Assembly (NCBI GenBank): GCA_000934665.2
Contig: KZ538373.1
Coordinates: 1 to 64,000 of the forward strand
Length of the DNA: 64,000 nt
Direction of reading: 5' to 3'
Source: Catajapyx aquilonaris
Lineage: Eukaryota
How positions within the stretch are numbered: the first letter of the stretch is position 1; each line of letters starts with the position of its first letter. Positions 42,468 through 53,025 of the stretch are shown here, piece after piece. The notes under the pieces are model-generated. The model made no database searches. It saw only the letters and a program-made list of their open reading frames with translations, and had not been told where the DNA came from. Both the position numbers and the translations under genes were made by a program.

Positions 42468-43112
42468 TCTTCAATGTCAGAAGGTCTTCAGCCAGGAAAA
42501 CCTTCTGCATGACTGGAAAACGCAAAGATGTAAATGTTAACTCCTTGACACGTGCATAGGAAAAGAGGTGCAATAATTTGACTGAATATGATAGGTAGTG
42601 TTTGCAATTGCCATATCCTATCTTTGAACTGGACTAGTGCAAGTTTCCTTTCTTATCAAGGATCGTAAGACTTAATTGCACTCATAACCACAGCTTATCA
42701 CTGGATGCCTACTGTGCTGATATGAAAACGGCAGCACTGGGCATAAAAACTTGTTATTGACCAAATCATTAAGCCTCCAAATTATGATGACGCCACATGT
42801 CACTTACAAGCTACGAGTACAATAACATACGGCATCTACGTAAATCTCTGATTTCTCAATTCCTGTCCTTGAAACTCACGACATGAGTTCGCTTATTTTA
42901 AAACACTACTTTATTACCCATGCAGCCTAGCTCATGTTTGCACCATCGAAATCTAATCAACCTGTCTCTGCCCCACTATTAATAACATTAGTGTCATCAG
43001 GTCATCACACATTTCCTGTTGATAACTCCATTTGTTCTGGGCCAGACAGTGCAAGATGATGCAACAGCCAGGAAAGTGCTGGTCATGTCTCTGCCGTGAT
43101 ATGCAACCTTTT

Positions 43113-43269
43113 GTACTTTAGTGGGGGCTTAACGTCGGCCTATTTCTGCCACTTAGGTCCAGTGGTCCTCCTCCTGGAAATTTGGCCACTCTGGGGATCT
43201 TTAACGTGCACCCGAGCAATGTCTCAAGCGCACGGGACCGACGGCTTTACTTCCCCTCCGAGGGAAGGC
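43113..43269 (-). mobile_element. 5'-truncated SINE copy (family A)
   Basis: Reverse complement matches 59920-60073. Flanked by CAACCTTTT at 43104-43112 and 43270-43278 (probable TSD). Confidence 0.85.
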
Positions 43270-43882
43270 CAACCTTTTCTTGTACAAACAAATGCGGTGT
43301 GTGCCACAGTATGCACCGGCACAAGTCCTGTCAGTCACATCCCAAGGGTGGCCGCACCACTTCCTGGCACGTCTCCTGTCCACACGACAGCAGTGCCAGG
43401 GTCACCCACCCACGGGCAACCCAACCATGTCAAACTCCCCATGCATGACTAGGGCATCCCAACCCTTCACCCCTGACCCAATACCACCTTACATGGCCCG
43501 TCCTCCCAGTCGCCCGATGACCCCCTCCTGACCCCTCCAGTCCGACTCATTCAGCCTGCTAATCACGATTAAACTTGAGCTCCTTCAGCACGTGCTGAAC
43601 CAACCTCCGCCATCTTGGATTCCGATACGGTACGCACACAAAAACGGTACAAAATTTTAATGCCCTTAAATATTTTTATAGAAAATAATTTAACTACATA
43701 TTTTGAGGCTCAAATTGTGTCCGGTTGTCCCGATCGGATCAGTCCACTTTTTATTTTAAACGGAATATGCTGGTCGATAGTATCTCCGTGTCCAGCTATG
43801 GAATGCAAAGTGTCCACTGCAGGTCTTGTCCAGCTGAAGATGGGACTTTTGAGTTAAGGAGGACAACCCCCAGCGCATTACT

Positions 43883-46800
43883 ATGATGGCATACTCGGTG
43901 AGTATTGTGCAGCTGGGGTCAGAGGTCATACATGTGCTAATGGTGTGTTCAGAACGTGCAGGTGCAGTTGGAGTTGGGCCACCGAGCGTCCCTGAAGAGC
44001 AAGAAGACGGTGGAGGGCTTCACACATGATTGGGAGGTGTACGTGAGGGGTCCTGATGCCAGCAACGTGCAGTATTTTGTGGAGAAGGTGGTGTTTCACC
44101 TGCACGCCAGCTTCCCCAAACCGGTCAGGGTTGTGAAGGAGCCGCCGTACTCCATCAAAGAGTCGGGGTACGCAGGGTTCATCATGATCATCGAGGTGTA
44201 CTTCCGCAACAAGGAGGAGCCCAGGAAGGTGCGGTACGAGTACGACCTGTTCCTGCAGTCGGAGGGGCCTCCTCACGGGAACACCAGGCTGGAGAAGCTC
44301 ACCTTCCAGAACCCTGCCGAGGACTTCAGGCGGAAGCTCATCAAGGGCGGAGGGGTAGATATTTTCACTGATCTTTGGACACACTTCGGTAATAATTAGC
44401 CAACAACAAAACGTGACGCTCCCGCGCAGTTAATGTTTGGAACTTCATCTTCTGGCCAAATATGTAGCAGTTTTCTCTTCCAAATTAGGGCAGTAAATGC
44501 TCGTAAAGTGGGTAATTGCCGACAATGAAGCTGAAATGTGCGTACATAAATTGTGGGCATTCTCTGTGCATTATCTGCTTAAACTTGGAAGATTAAACAG
44601 CCGTGTGGAGCCAGACATGGGGAGTGACACACATTGGTCGACAGTGCCGCATCTGTTGGATTCACATGCATCTTATCACCTGAGATGAGTTGTTTCACCA
44701 GCGTCTTAATTGCCAGACTTGATTGCAAACAGGAAGATGAGGCGTAGCAATTTTAGGTTCAATTTTCTCGGATAAGTGTGTCAAGGTGATGTTAATTGTG
44801 CAAGAACATTGTTACATGACAAACGCATGTGATACTCAGATGTGTTTTGACAGCTGAAAAAGCCGATGTTATAATCCGACTGTGTCTGGAATGTAATAGT
44901 GTTCAATGTGCGACAGTCTTTATCACTGGCTTAGACTATATTTCTGTCTCTGCAAATGTTCATAGGGCACTGAAGTGACACACTTTGCAAGAGATGGCCA
45001 TGACATTCATTGTCCAGGTGCAATGACATTACGGCTAAGCAATAGACGAGTTCTTAGAATGGCTTACTCCGGACTCTGTTGTCCTCCACTTCGGCCTGTC
45101 TTGACTTATGAATTTGCCTTTGCCAGATTGGGGTCCTGGGCTCAGATGGTGGGACCTTGATCAGCACCAACGAGAGACCAAGTCACCCTGGTGGCAGCTC
45201 AAGTTCAAGCTCAAAGTCGGCCGCTATGCAACCCAAATCAAGTGGAAGCTCCTCCTCTTCCTCTTCCTCGACTAAGAGTAAAGTTGATCTGGAACCCAAG
45301 ATTAAACACAAGGTTAAGGTACGCATTCCTTCTGCCCTACAATACCTTTGCATTGTTGCAACAATACATCAGCATTGTGCAGATTTCATGATATTGTTTG
45401 CAGCCACTTGAACCAGATCTTCCATCTCCTTTGTATTACTGGTACCAGCCCGTATCCTGCTCCTACCCCATCCTGGTCCTTTAGCAGGTATTATCCACAA
45501 CTTTTCCATACTTATTCACTATCAGGGGCAAATAAACGCTTCATAAATTCCAGACCATTGCTACCACTTTTCATTGTTTTCAGGTCAAAGCCTGGTTCCA
45601 TCACTGGAAGTAGACTAAACATTAAGGATTTACCCATTTAATTGTCTATTTTAAAAATTCAAGTGAATGAAGAATGCCTAGACTCATTCCATGATTATTG
45701 CAGGAAAGCAAGATGGAGCTGGCCAGGCCTGCCAACTCCTTTGCTGCCCTGTTTGGCCCGCCCATAAAACGGAGCAAGACGGAGCCAACACCAAAGAAGG
45801 AGTCGAAACCAGTCAAGGCAGAGCAGCACAGGCCCTCCAAAGAGCCGCCAAAAGAAATCCAAGCGCCAAGGCTTCCTATTGCCGCAAAGCATCCACCCAT
45901 CCCACCCAAGCCCGAAGCCTCGTCTGTAGACAAAAAGAGCAGTAAGAAGGAAGTGTCACCTGCAAAGAAGAAGCGCAAGCCTAAGGAGCGGGAGGAAAAA
46001 GGTTTGGTGACGAGTGGGAAGAAGATGCCGGAAAAGGTGCCTGAAAAGGTTGTGGAGAAGATGCCTGAAAAAGTTGTCGAGAAGGTGGTGGAGAAGGCGG
46101 AAAAAGCAGAAAAGTCTAAGTCAAAGGAGAAGATGGATAAGGTGAAAGAGCATAAGAAGACGACGCCAGAGAAGCCGAGGAAGGAAAAAGAGAAGGAAAG
46201 AAAGGTAGGCATCTACTTCCACACTTAGTAAATTACTGTAGTTTCATGAAATAAGGAATTCTGACCTTACGAATGTGACTGATTCCAACCCTTTATCCCC
46301 AGCAAACAAAAGTAACACCGCCGCCACTGCCACCTCCAGTGCTGAAGTCGGAAACAAGAAAGCCTCCAAAAGCACCTACAAAGAAGGTGCCGCCTGAGCC
46401 AACCCCTAAGGAAGAACCGCCACCGCCACCGCCGCCACCCCAACCCGCAAAAGAGCCGGAGCCAGCCAAAGAGAAGCCAAAGCACAAGCACAAGAAGCGA
46501 AGCCACGACCCACCTGAGAAGAAGAGGCCTGAGAAGCGTCCGGAGAAACCAAGGCCTCCAGCAAGCCGCATCAAGAAGGAAGTCCTCCTGGAGAAGTCTC
46601 CTCCGACCTCCTCCAGTGTCACCCCATCTCCACCCACCCCACCACCTCCTGTGCAGCCAACTCCTCCTCCCCCACCTGTGGCCTCTACTCCTCTACCAGC
46701 GGCTACGCCCAATGACGCAGGCCACCGTCACAGCAGGAAGAAGACTGGGCTGGACATACTACTGGCGGAGATGCCCGACTTCTCCGACTCAGAGACATCC

Positions 46801-47510
46801 GATTCCATCCCGAGTGATTCCGAGTCTGGTCCAGATAAGGCTCTGATTCTTAGCACTCCAGAGCCCACCCCTCCTCCTCCTCCCCCTCCCCCACCTCCAC
46901 CGCCAACTCAGCAACCTGAGAAGAAGTCATTAAAGCGCAAGGCAAAGAAGGAGTCTGGGCCCAAGCGGAAGTCAGCTAAATCTAAGGAGTCCAGCCTTGG
47001 GTAAGTAGAATTTCATTACTTTGGACTTTAATCAATGGCCAGTGAGCTTATCTCTGGGGGGATAATAAAACCATAACGTGAACCTGCCATCTTTCCAACC
47101 AAAGGTCATCAAAAATGGTTGTGGCTGACTTGGTTGAATCTCCACCTCTGCTGGCATGCCCTGAGCCGACACCTCGACAAGAAATGCAGTCGGCCCGAGG
47201 CGAGATGGCACCAGCACGTCCGGAAGCGACCCCGAAGCAGGAAGGGCAGCCTACCCCTCGCCCCAAGGAGGAGAGCACCAGTGATCATGTCCCGGAAGAC
47301 CCCAAATTCTCCAATGAATATCTGCAAATACTGGTGGAGCTGCAGCGTATCATCATGAACCTGGAGGACCAGGATGTCCTGCAGAAGGTTGTGGACGTCA
47401 TCCACAGCTCGGGACACCTGCAGACAACCTCCACGTCACTCGACTTTGATCTCTGTCATCTCGACAAGACCACTGTGTTCAAGCTGAAGGAATGCATCTC
47501 TGCAATGTGA
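43883..47510 (+). CDS. ENL/AF9 family YEATS-domain transcription elongation factor (MLLT1/MLLT3 orthologue)
   Basis: Exon 1 MMAYS; exon 2 YEATS domain ([11 protein letters not shown]...[11 protein letters not shown]...ESGYAGF); Lys/Pro/Ser-rich linker; C-terminal AHD ([10 protein letters not shown]...[12 protein letters not shown]). Confidence 0.95.
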
Positions 47511-48380
47511 TTTTTAAGTTTTTGTTTGTTTTTTTAAAAACGAATTATGAAGTACAATTTTTGATTTTTAAGCGAAGCGTAATGCCCAACTATGCACATG
47601 TCACGATTTTGATGTTTCTTCGTGTAGAGTGACTGCAACGACATTAAAAATGCTTTCTTGTTTATGTCCGGCTATGTTACGATAGAATTTCTGTCATGTG
47701 ATTATTGTCTCACGAAGAAGGGCAAGGGTTGCAGGGATGCAATTTTTGTATGTGCCAAAACTTCAGAAGAATGCAAAGATGGTTGTTTGAAATTCACGGC
47801 CCTTTATTTGCTACAAGTTTCCCAAATTTTTCAACCTAATTTTTACAGAATCCACGAGCCTGACACCTTGTACTTCTTAAAGATTACACTAACATGCGAC
47901 GGTCTTAACAGTCCTTTGAGTTACATTCCATATTCCACACTATGGATGCTAGTGACTGATTCGTCCTCGGGGGAAGGAACCTTTCTGTTGCTGTCTTGCC
48001 GACAAAGTAGAGCCACAAAGCGACTGGATACTTTCACACTGGTGCGTTTACATGTGAACGATTTGATCGCACGATGTCATCGCCGAGCGATAACAACGCT
48101 GAGTAACCAGAGTAACCAGTACTGTTTGAGGCGAAAATCAATTGTTACTTTCACCACAAACAATAATTTTTACTTTGCTCGGCGACAACTTCGCTCTGCT
48201 TCAATCGTCAAATCGCTCACATGTAAACGCCGCTTTACTTGTTAGTGGGCCAGGTATTGACATCATGCAGCTGAGTAAGCCAGTTACATGTAACATGTCA
48301 GAATGCCTAAAACGATTTGCAAAATCACCTAAATAACTCGAATAACTAATCCTTGAGCACTTTGGGGGCTACAAATGCCA

Positions 48381-49140
48381 TCTTAAAATCATTTAATTCG
48401 TACAACACACCAACTCTGTACAAGTTTTCTATCAGGACTAGTGGAAGTGTAAAAGACAACATGCCTTCACCGCTTGTAACTATTAACCCGACACCTGATT
48501 CCGGGTGCATGAAAACACCTATTTGGTTCTCTTTAACACAGCATCAGTTATCATGACTAAGCCCTTCTGAAACGGGGTGTCCGTCAGGAGGCTGGCGTAC
48601 TTGACTGCCTGCTCGCAGTGCTCTTGGGCCAGGAAACGCGTCTGCCTTATGCTGTCCGACTTGAACACGCATTCCAGGGCGGTCTCAATGTCGCCTGGCA
48701 GCTGGAATCACCATTGCGGACACTACAAACAGGACGTAATCACCAGCCAGCACTGCTTTCCTGGTACCGCACAATCTGTTAGTACTGTGCCTCCCTCGCC
48801 GCACATCCGAATTGTCGACTACAACATCATGCATCAGTGACGCCATGTGCACCATCTCAACTGCAATTCCAGCACAAAGTTGCGGTGGTGTAGGTGAGCG
48901 TTAATAGCCCTGGCCATCAATGCAGTTATGACTGGATGTATTGCCTTGCTGTGGCCATCAAAGCCATACATGGACAGGGCTTCAAGGCTCTTTGGTGCAG
49001 TGCGGAGCTCCTGGCGAATGTCATTATTGTGCCGGGTGGCATGGCCGTCTTTTACCAACTTGTAAGGGTCAGACCTCTCTGCTGCATCAGGGTGGTGCAG
49101 CTGGAGCGACGCCGCAGATGTCAGAAACTGCCTCATGGTG
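48381..49140 (-). pseudogene. Internally deleted, frameshifted duplicate of the PDSS1-like gene
   Basis: High nucleotide identity to 41078-41418 and ~41930-42378. About 510 bp is missing, including the intron and the SARM-encoding region, and there are additional small indels. Confidence 0.9.
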
Positions 49141-49225
49141 TGAAGAAAAATACAGAAAATAGATGGAAAATGGTGGTATTTCACCTCCCTAAGACAGCCT
49201 CTGCCCCTATCACGGGGTAATGTGA
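49141..49225 (+). mobile_element. Short 3'-end fragment of the retroelement also seen at 8400-8560
   Basis: GAAGAAAAATACAGAAAA...ATGGTGGTATTTCACCTCCCTAAG...CCCTATCACGGGGTAA aligns with the reverse complement of ~8405-8490. Confidence 0.6.
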
Positions 49226-49599
49226 AAAAGAAGGGATGCAACTATTGTATGTGCCAAAACTTCAGAAGAAATGCTACGATTGTTTGTTGCTACACGTTCC
49301 CCAAATACTTCAACCTAATTTTGATGGCATCTAGGTGCCCAACACCTCATCATTCCTAAGAATTACGCTAACATGTGACTGTCCAACAGTCCTTACTGTT
49401 ACGGCCATTCCGCTCAATCGATGCTAGTGACGGTCATTCTGCCTCAAGGGAACAAACCTTTCTATTCTCAACAAAATAGAGCCAGCAGGCTTCTAGTAGG
49501 CCAGGCCCAATTGAGATGTTGTAATGATGTCACACATCAGAGCACATACATTGTGACAGAACGCCTAAAACAATCTGCAAAGTCACCTATGATATAACA

Positions 49600-50951
49600 C
49601 TAGTCTTTAATCCCTGGCCAAAAATCCTGAAGCACTTTGGGCACTACAAAGGCATGGTTCAAACTGGGCCTCTCGGCTGGTTGCGCCTCCATCAGCGCTG
49701 CTAACAAGCACCAGATGTCGGCAACCTCCATGCTCACAAGACCTGGAAAATTCATGTCCATTCCAGGCCCATAGATCCTTAACCTGCGTGACACGTATTC
49801 CCCTCCCTGCGACAGACTGGCTGCCTTGACATAGCAGCCTTGGGCAGCCATCCAGAGCTGCAACTCAGTCCGGCTCATCTCCCAACAACGCAGGCTGTGA
49901 GCTGGGACTAATGTGATGCGGAAGTGTAGGCCCAGTTCGGAGTACCACTGGGTCAGGTGGGTTAGGAGTGTGGCCGCCTCTGACTCCAGATCGGAGGTCA
50001 TTGCTATGGCATGTGCAGAAGTGCGTTGGGGCGAAGAAGTGAGGCCTCCAGCAGAGGGATTCAGTGTATAGGTGCGTCCAATGCTGGAGAGTCGAACAGG
50101 GAGCAAGTCCAGGCGGGTACGAACCACGTAAGTGATGACAGACGGCAGCGATGCTGACCCTGCATTTTAAAATATTTAATGACTCATAAGCATAAAGCTA
50201 CTTGTGCACACAACTCACCAACAAGATGGGTGCGAGATGGCAACTCCTCACTCGCATCCTGCTCCACTTGAAACACTTTCTTTGGGTTGTCCCATTCCAT
50301 CCCGCACCCTTCCACTATGTTGCTCTTGCAAAAGTCCGATCCTACGACCCCAGCAAACCCAGCCTGTGAAAGCTTGTCTCTGAAGTAGCGACAAGCTGCC
50401 TGCTCCAGCATGGCTGCCTGGCCCAAAAGGTAGTAAGCCCCATGGTAGCAGGCAGGAGCTGGCTTCAAAACACCACATTTTTTCCCAAAGTCCAGGTGGT
50501 GCACCGCCCTTTCGATGTTCAGGACTGGATTAGAAGTGTAGACGACAACCTCGTTATCACGAGGTGTTTCAGGATGCAAGTAATTGGGAAGTTGTAACAC
50601 CCGAGGCACCAGCCCTTCCTCCATGTCCCCCCACTCTTTCATCAGCCTCTTTTGTTCCTCCCGCAACTGGCGACCCTCCTGCCGCATCTCCGGCAGGACT
50701 TCCCCTTCCCGCATCTTTGCCGCCAGCTCAACCCTGCGTTCCTCCAGGATTTTCATCCTCGACCTGACCTGCACGGCTCCCTCCCACTCATCCCACATGC
50801 TCCATAAGTCAGCCTTGATTCTTCGCCCTTTCAGTGAATTCTCCATGCGATCTAGATCGCAAAGAGGTGCAGCAAAATCCAGATACGGCTCTAGGGCCAC
50901 AAAGGCCCGGCGGGCAATCCTACCACTCACATACAAAGCAGACTGAGCCAT
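49600..50951 (-). CDS. Slimp: SLIMP: seryl-tRNA synthetase-like mitochondrial protein (non-catalytic SerRS2 paralogue), 2 exons
   Basis: SALYVSG...LEPYLDF N-terminal signature, coiled coil, LPNYLHPETP, DFCKSNIVEGCG, HLVGSAS and SIGRTY. The canonical motif-2 FRxE is absent. Confidence 0.85.
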
Positions 50952-50975
50952 TGTCTTTTACTGCAACCACCTCAT

Positions 50976-51514
50976 TTATTCGTTTGCCTTAACGTTGACA
51001 TCCATCTTTTGCTTCATGCTGTTGGGCACAAGCGTCTCCACCTTCTGTCGCCTGGCTGCAGGCTGGAAGCTGCCCATCCCGGCTGCCATCTCAGCCTCCT
51101 TCTGTGTGTACGGCTCCACCTCCAGCTGCTTCATACGCTGCTTGTGCACCTTTGAGCGGAAGTGGCCCTCAAGAGACTTGCCATCCACAAAGTACCGCCT
51201 GCAAATAGGAACCATGCAATAAGTATTTCTCAGGGTCCAATAAATGAAGACGCGCACTTACGCGCAGTGGACGCAGTAGAACTGTCCGCAGCCTGGCTTG
51301 TCGATGTCCTCCTCCTGGTTCAGAAGCTTCTCCACCGTACCCTCCTGCAGGTCCCCAACAATCTGAAATGCCCATGCCGACAAGCTTATCATCTCCAGTT
51401 GCCATGACCATGCGGCTGTTGTACCTGGTCGATGTCCCTGGTCCTCCTCCTGGTCCGGTACACTCTCTTGTTGTGAGTATCTCCAGAGTGCTGCCTCTTG
51501 CGCTTATACGTCAT
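50976..51514 (-). CDS. ZNF593: Zinc finger protein 593 / Bud20 (60S export factor), 3 exons
   Basis: [62 protein letters not shown]. Confidence 0.95.
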
Positions 51515-51727
51515 TCTCAGGGGCGGCCCCGGGGCGAAAACGGGTCAGCCTAGGCCGGGCAAGGCCTCACCAAATATCCAACAGACACGTGCTGATGAGG
51601 AAATGGCGCATGCGTGTTTGAACGCTTGAAGTACAGGCATGACAAAACATGCAACGGAAGGTCACATGACCCTTGTGCTAATTTGCGTACAAGGTGAGTG
51701 GACCAATAGGAGGAGGGCTGGTTTGAC

Positions 51728-51735
51728 TATAAAAG
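51728..51735 (+). promoter_or_regulatory. TATA box of the Tyr-rich protein gene (CCAAT ~25 nt upstream)
   Basis: TATAAAAG about 90 nt upstream of ATG 51817; CCAAT at ~51703. Confidence 0.6.
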
Positions 51736-51816
51736 CGGGTCGTCTCCCGGTCTCCATCTCTTTCGCTCATCCCTACTATACTTTCACATACCATAACATA
51801 GCTCATCCCTATAGCC

Positions 51817-52507
51817 ATGTATAAGGTAATGTATAAGGTAAGGTAGTGTGGGTTTGTTTTTATTATTTTGTGTTTCTTATTCGCAGATGCTGGTCGCTGT
51901 CTTCCTGGCCCTTGTGGCAGCCTCTTCTGCTGAGTACTACGAGATGACTCCGGCGCCCACTTCCTACGGGTACGAGCAAAAATACGAGAAGCCATCGTAT
52001 GGATATGAGCAGCCCAAGTACGAGGAGAAGTCCTACGGCTACGAGCAGCCTAAGTATGAGCAGAAGTATGAGCAGCCCAAGTACGAGGAGAAGTCTTACG
52101 GCTATGAGCAGCCCAAGTACGAGCAGAAGTACGAGGAGAAGTCTTACGGCTATGAGCAGCCCAAGTACGAGCAGAAGTACGAGGAGAAGTCTTACGGCTA
52201 CGAGCAGCCCAAGTACGAGCAGAAGTACGAGGAGAAGTCTTACGGCTATGAGCAGCCCAAATACGAGATGAAGCAGTCCTACGGTTATGAGCAGCCCAAA
52301 TACGAGATGAAGCAGTCCTACGGTTATGAGCAGCCCAAATATGAGCAGAAGCAGTCCTACGGATACGAGCAGCCCAAATACGAGGAAAAATCCTACGGAT
52401 ACGAGCAGCCCAAATACGAGGAAAAATCCTACGGATACGAGCAGAAGCAGTCGTATGGATATGAGCAGCCCAAATACGAAAAGAAGTACGAGAGCTATGG
52501 TTACTAG
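51817..52507 (+). CDS. Secreted Tyr/Glu/Lys-rich tandem-repeat structural protein
   Basis: Micro-exon ATG TAT AAG, an intron, then signal peptide MLVAVFLALVAASSA followed by repeated SYGYEQPKYE(E/Q/M)K units. AATAAA just after the stop. Confidence 0.88.
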
Positions 52508-53025
52508 AATGTTCATATTTGGTTTTAATAAAAATTAATTTATATAATGTACATATTTTCACTGTTAGAATGAACCCTAATCTCATTTGTATGACAAAAC
52601 AATGTTAGACACTACGTTGAGAACATTGGTTCCTTGGAACCATATTAGTCCCCAACATAAGCAGTAAAACTCTTGCAAATATTGCGAAAGGACAAGCTTG
52701 TCATGCAAGAATGTAGATGGGGAGATGTTCAACTCATCCCTACCAGTTCCTCAATGTCAGGAAAGAAAGAAAAAAACACTATTGCAAGAAGTCTTGAGTA
52801 GAGCCCATTCATCAAGGACTTGACAAAAGGATGACTGTATCAAACCAACTCCATAAAAAAATCAACTTAGGACGAGGAAAGACTTGGGTGTGGTGGGAGG
52901 GATGGAGCCATACAAGTCACTTGTGAGAAGGGAATCGGGGGCAGTGGTTGGGCTCTTCGGCTGAGGAACTTCTATGGGGGACTAAGAACAGTTACGGCTC
53001 AAAACAGCAACAGAAATCTGGAAAT

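Noticed and set aside
42784..42851. C/D-box snoRNA-like ATGATGA...CTGA
   Set aside because: It is on the opposite strand to the likely host (PDSS1), has no recognisable guide sequence, and such motifs occur readily by chance.
47658..48245. 195-aa ORF downstream of ENL
   Set aside because: It has no recognisable domain and overlaps a degenerate duplicate of non-coding 3' sequence plus an insertion.
51590..51640. Hammerhead ribozyme core (CTGATGAG...)
   Set aside because: No stem II followed by GAAA and no stem I/III pairing could be built. It lies in the ZNF593 promoter region.
51863..52586. Long antisense and alternative-frame ORFs over the Tyr-rich gene
   Set aside because: They are shadows of a repetitive coding sequence that lacks stops in other frames.
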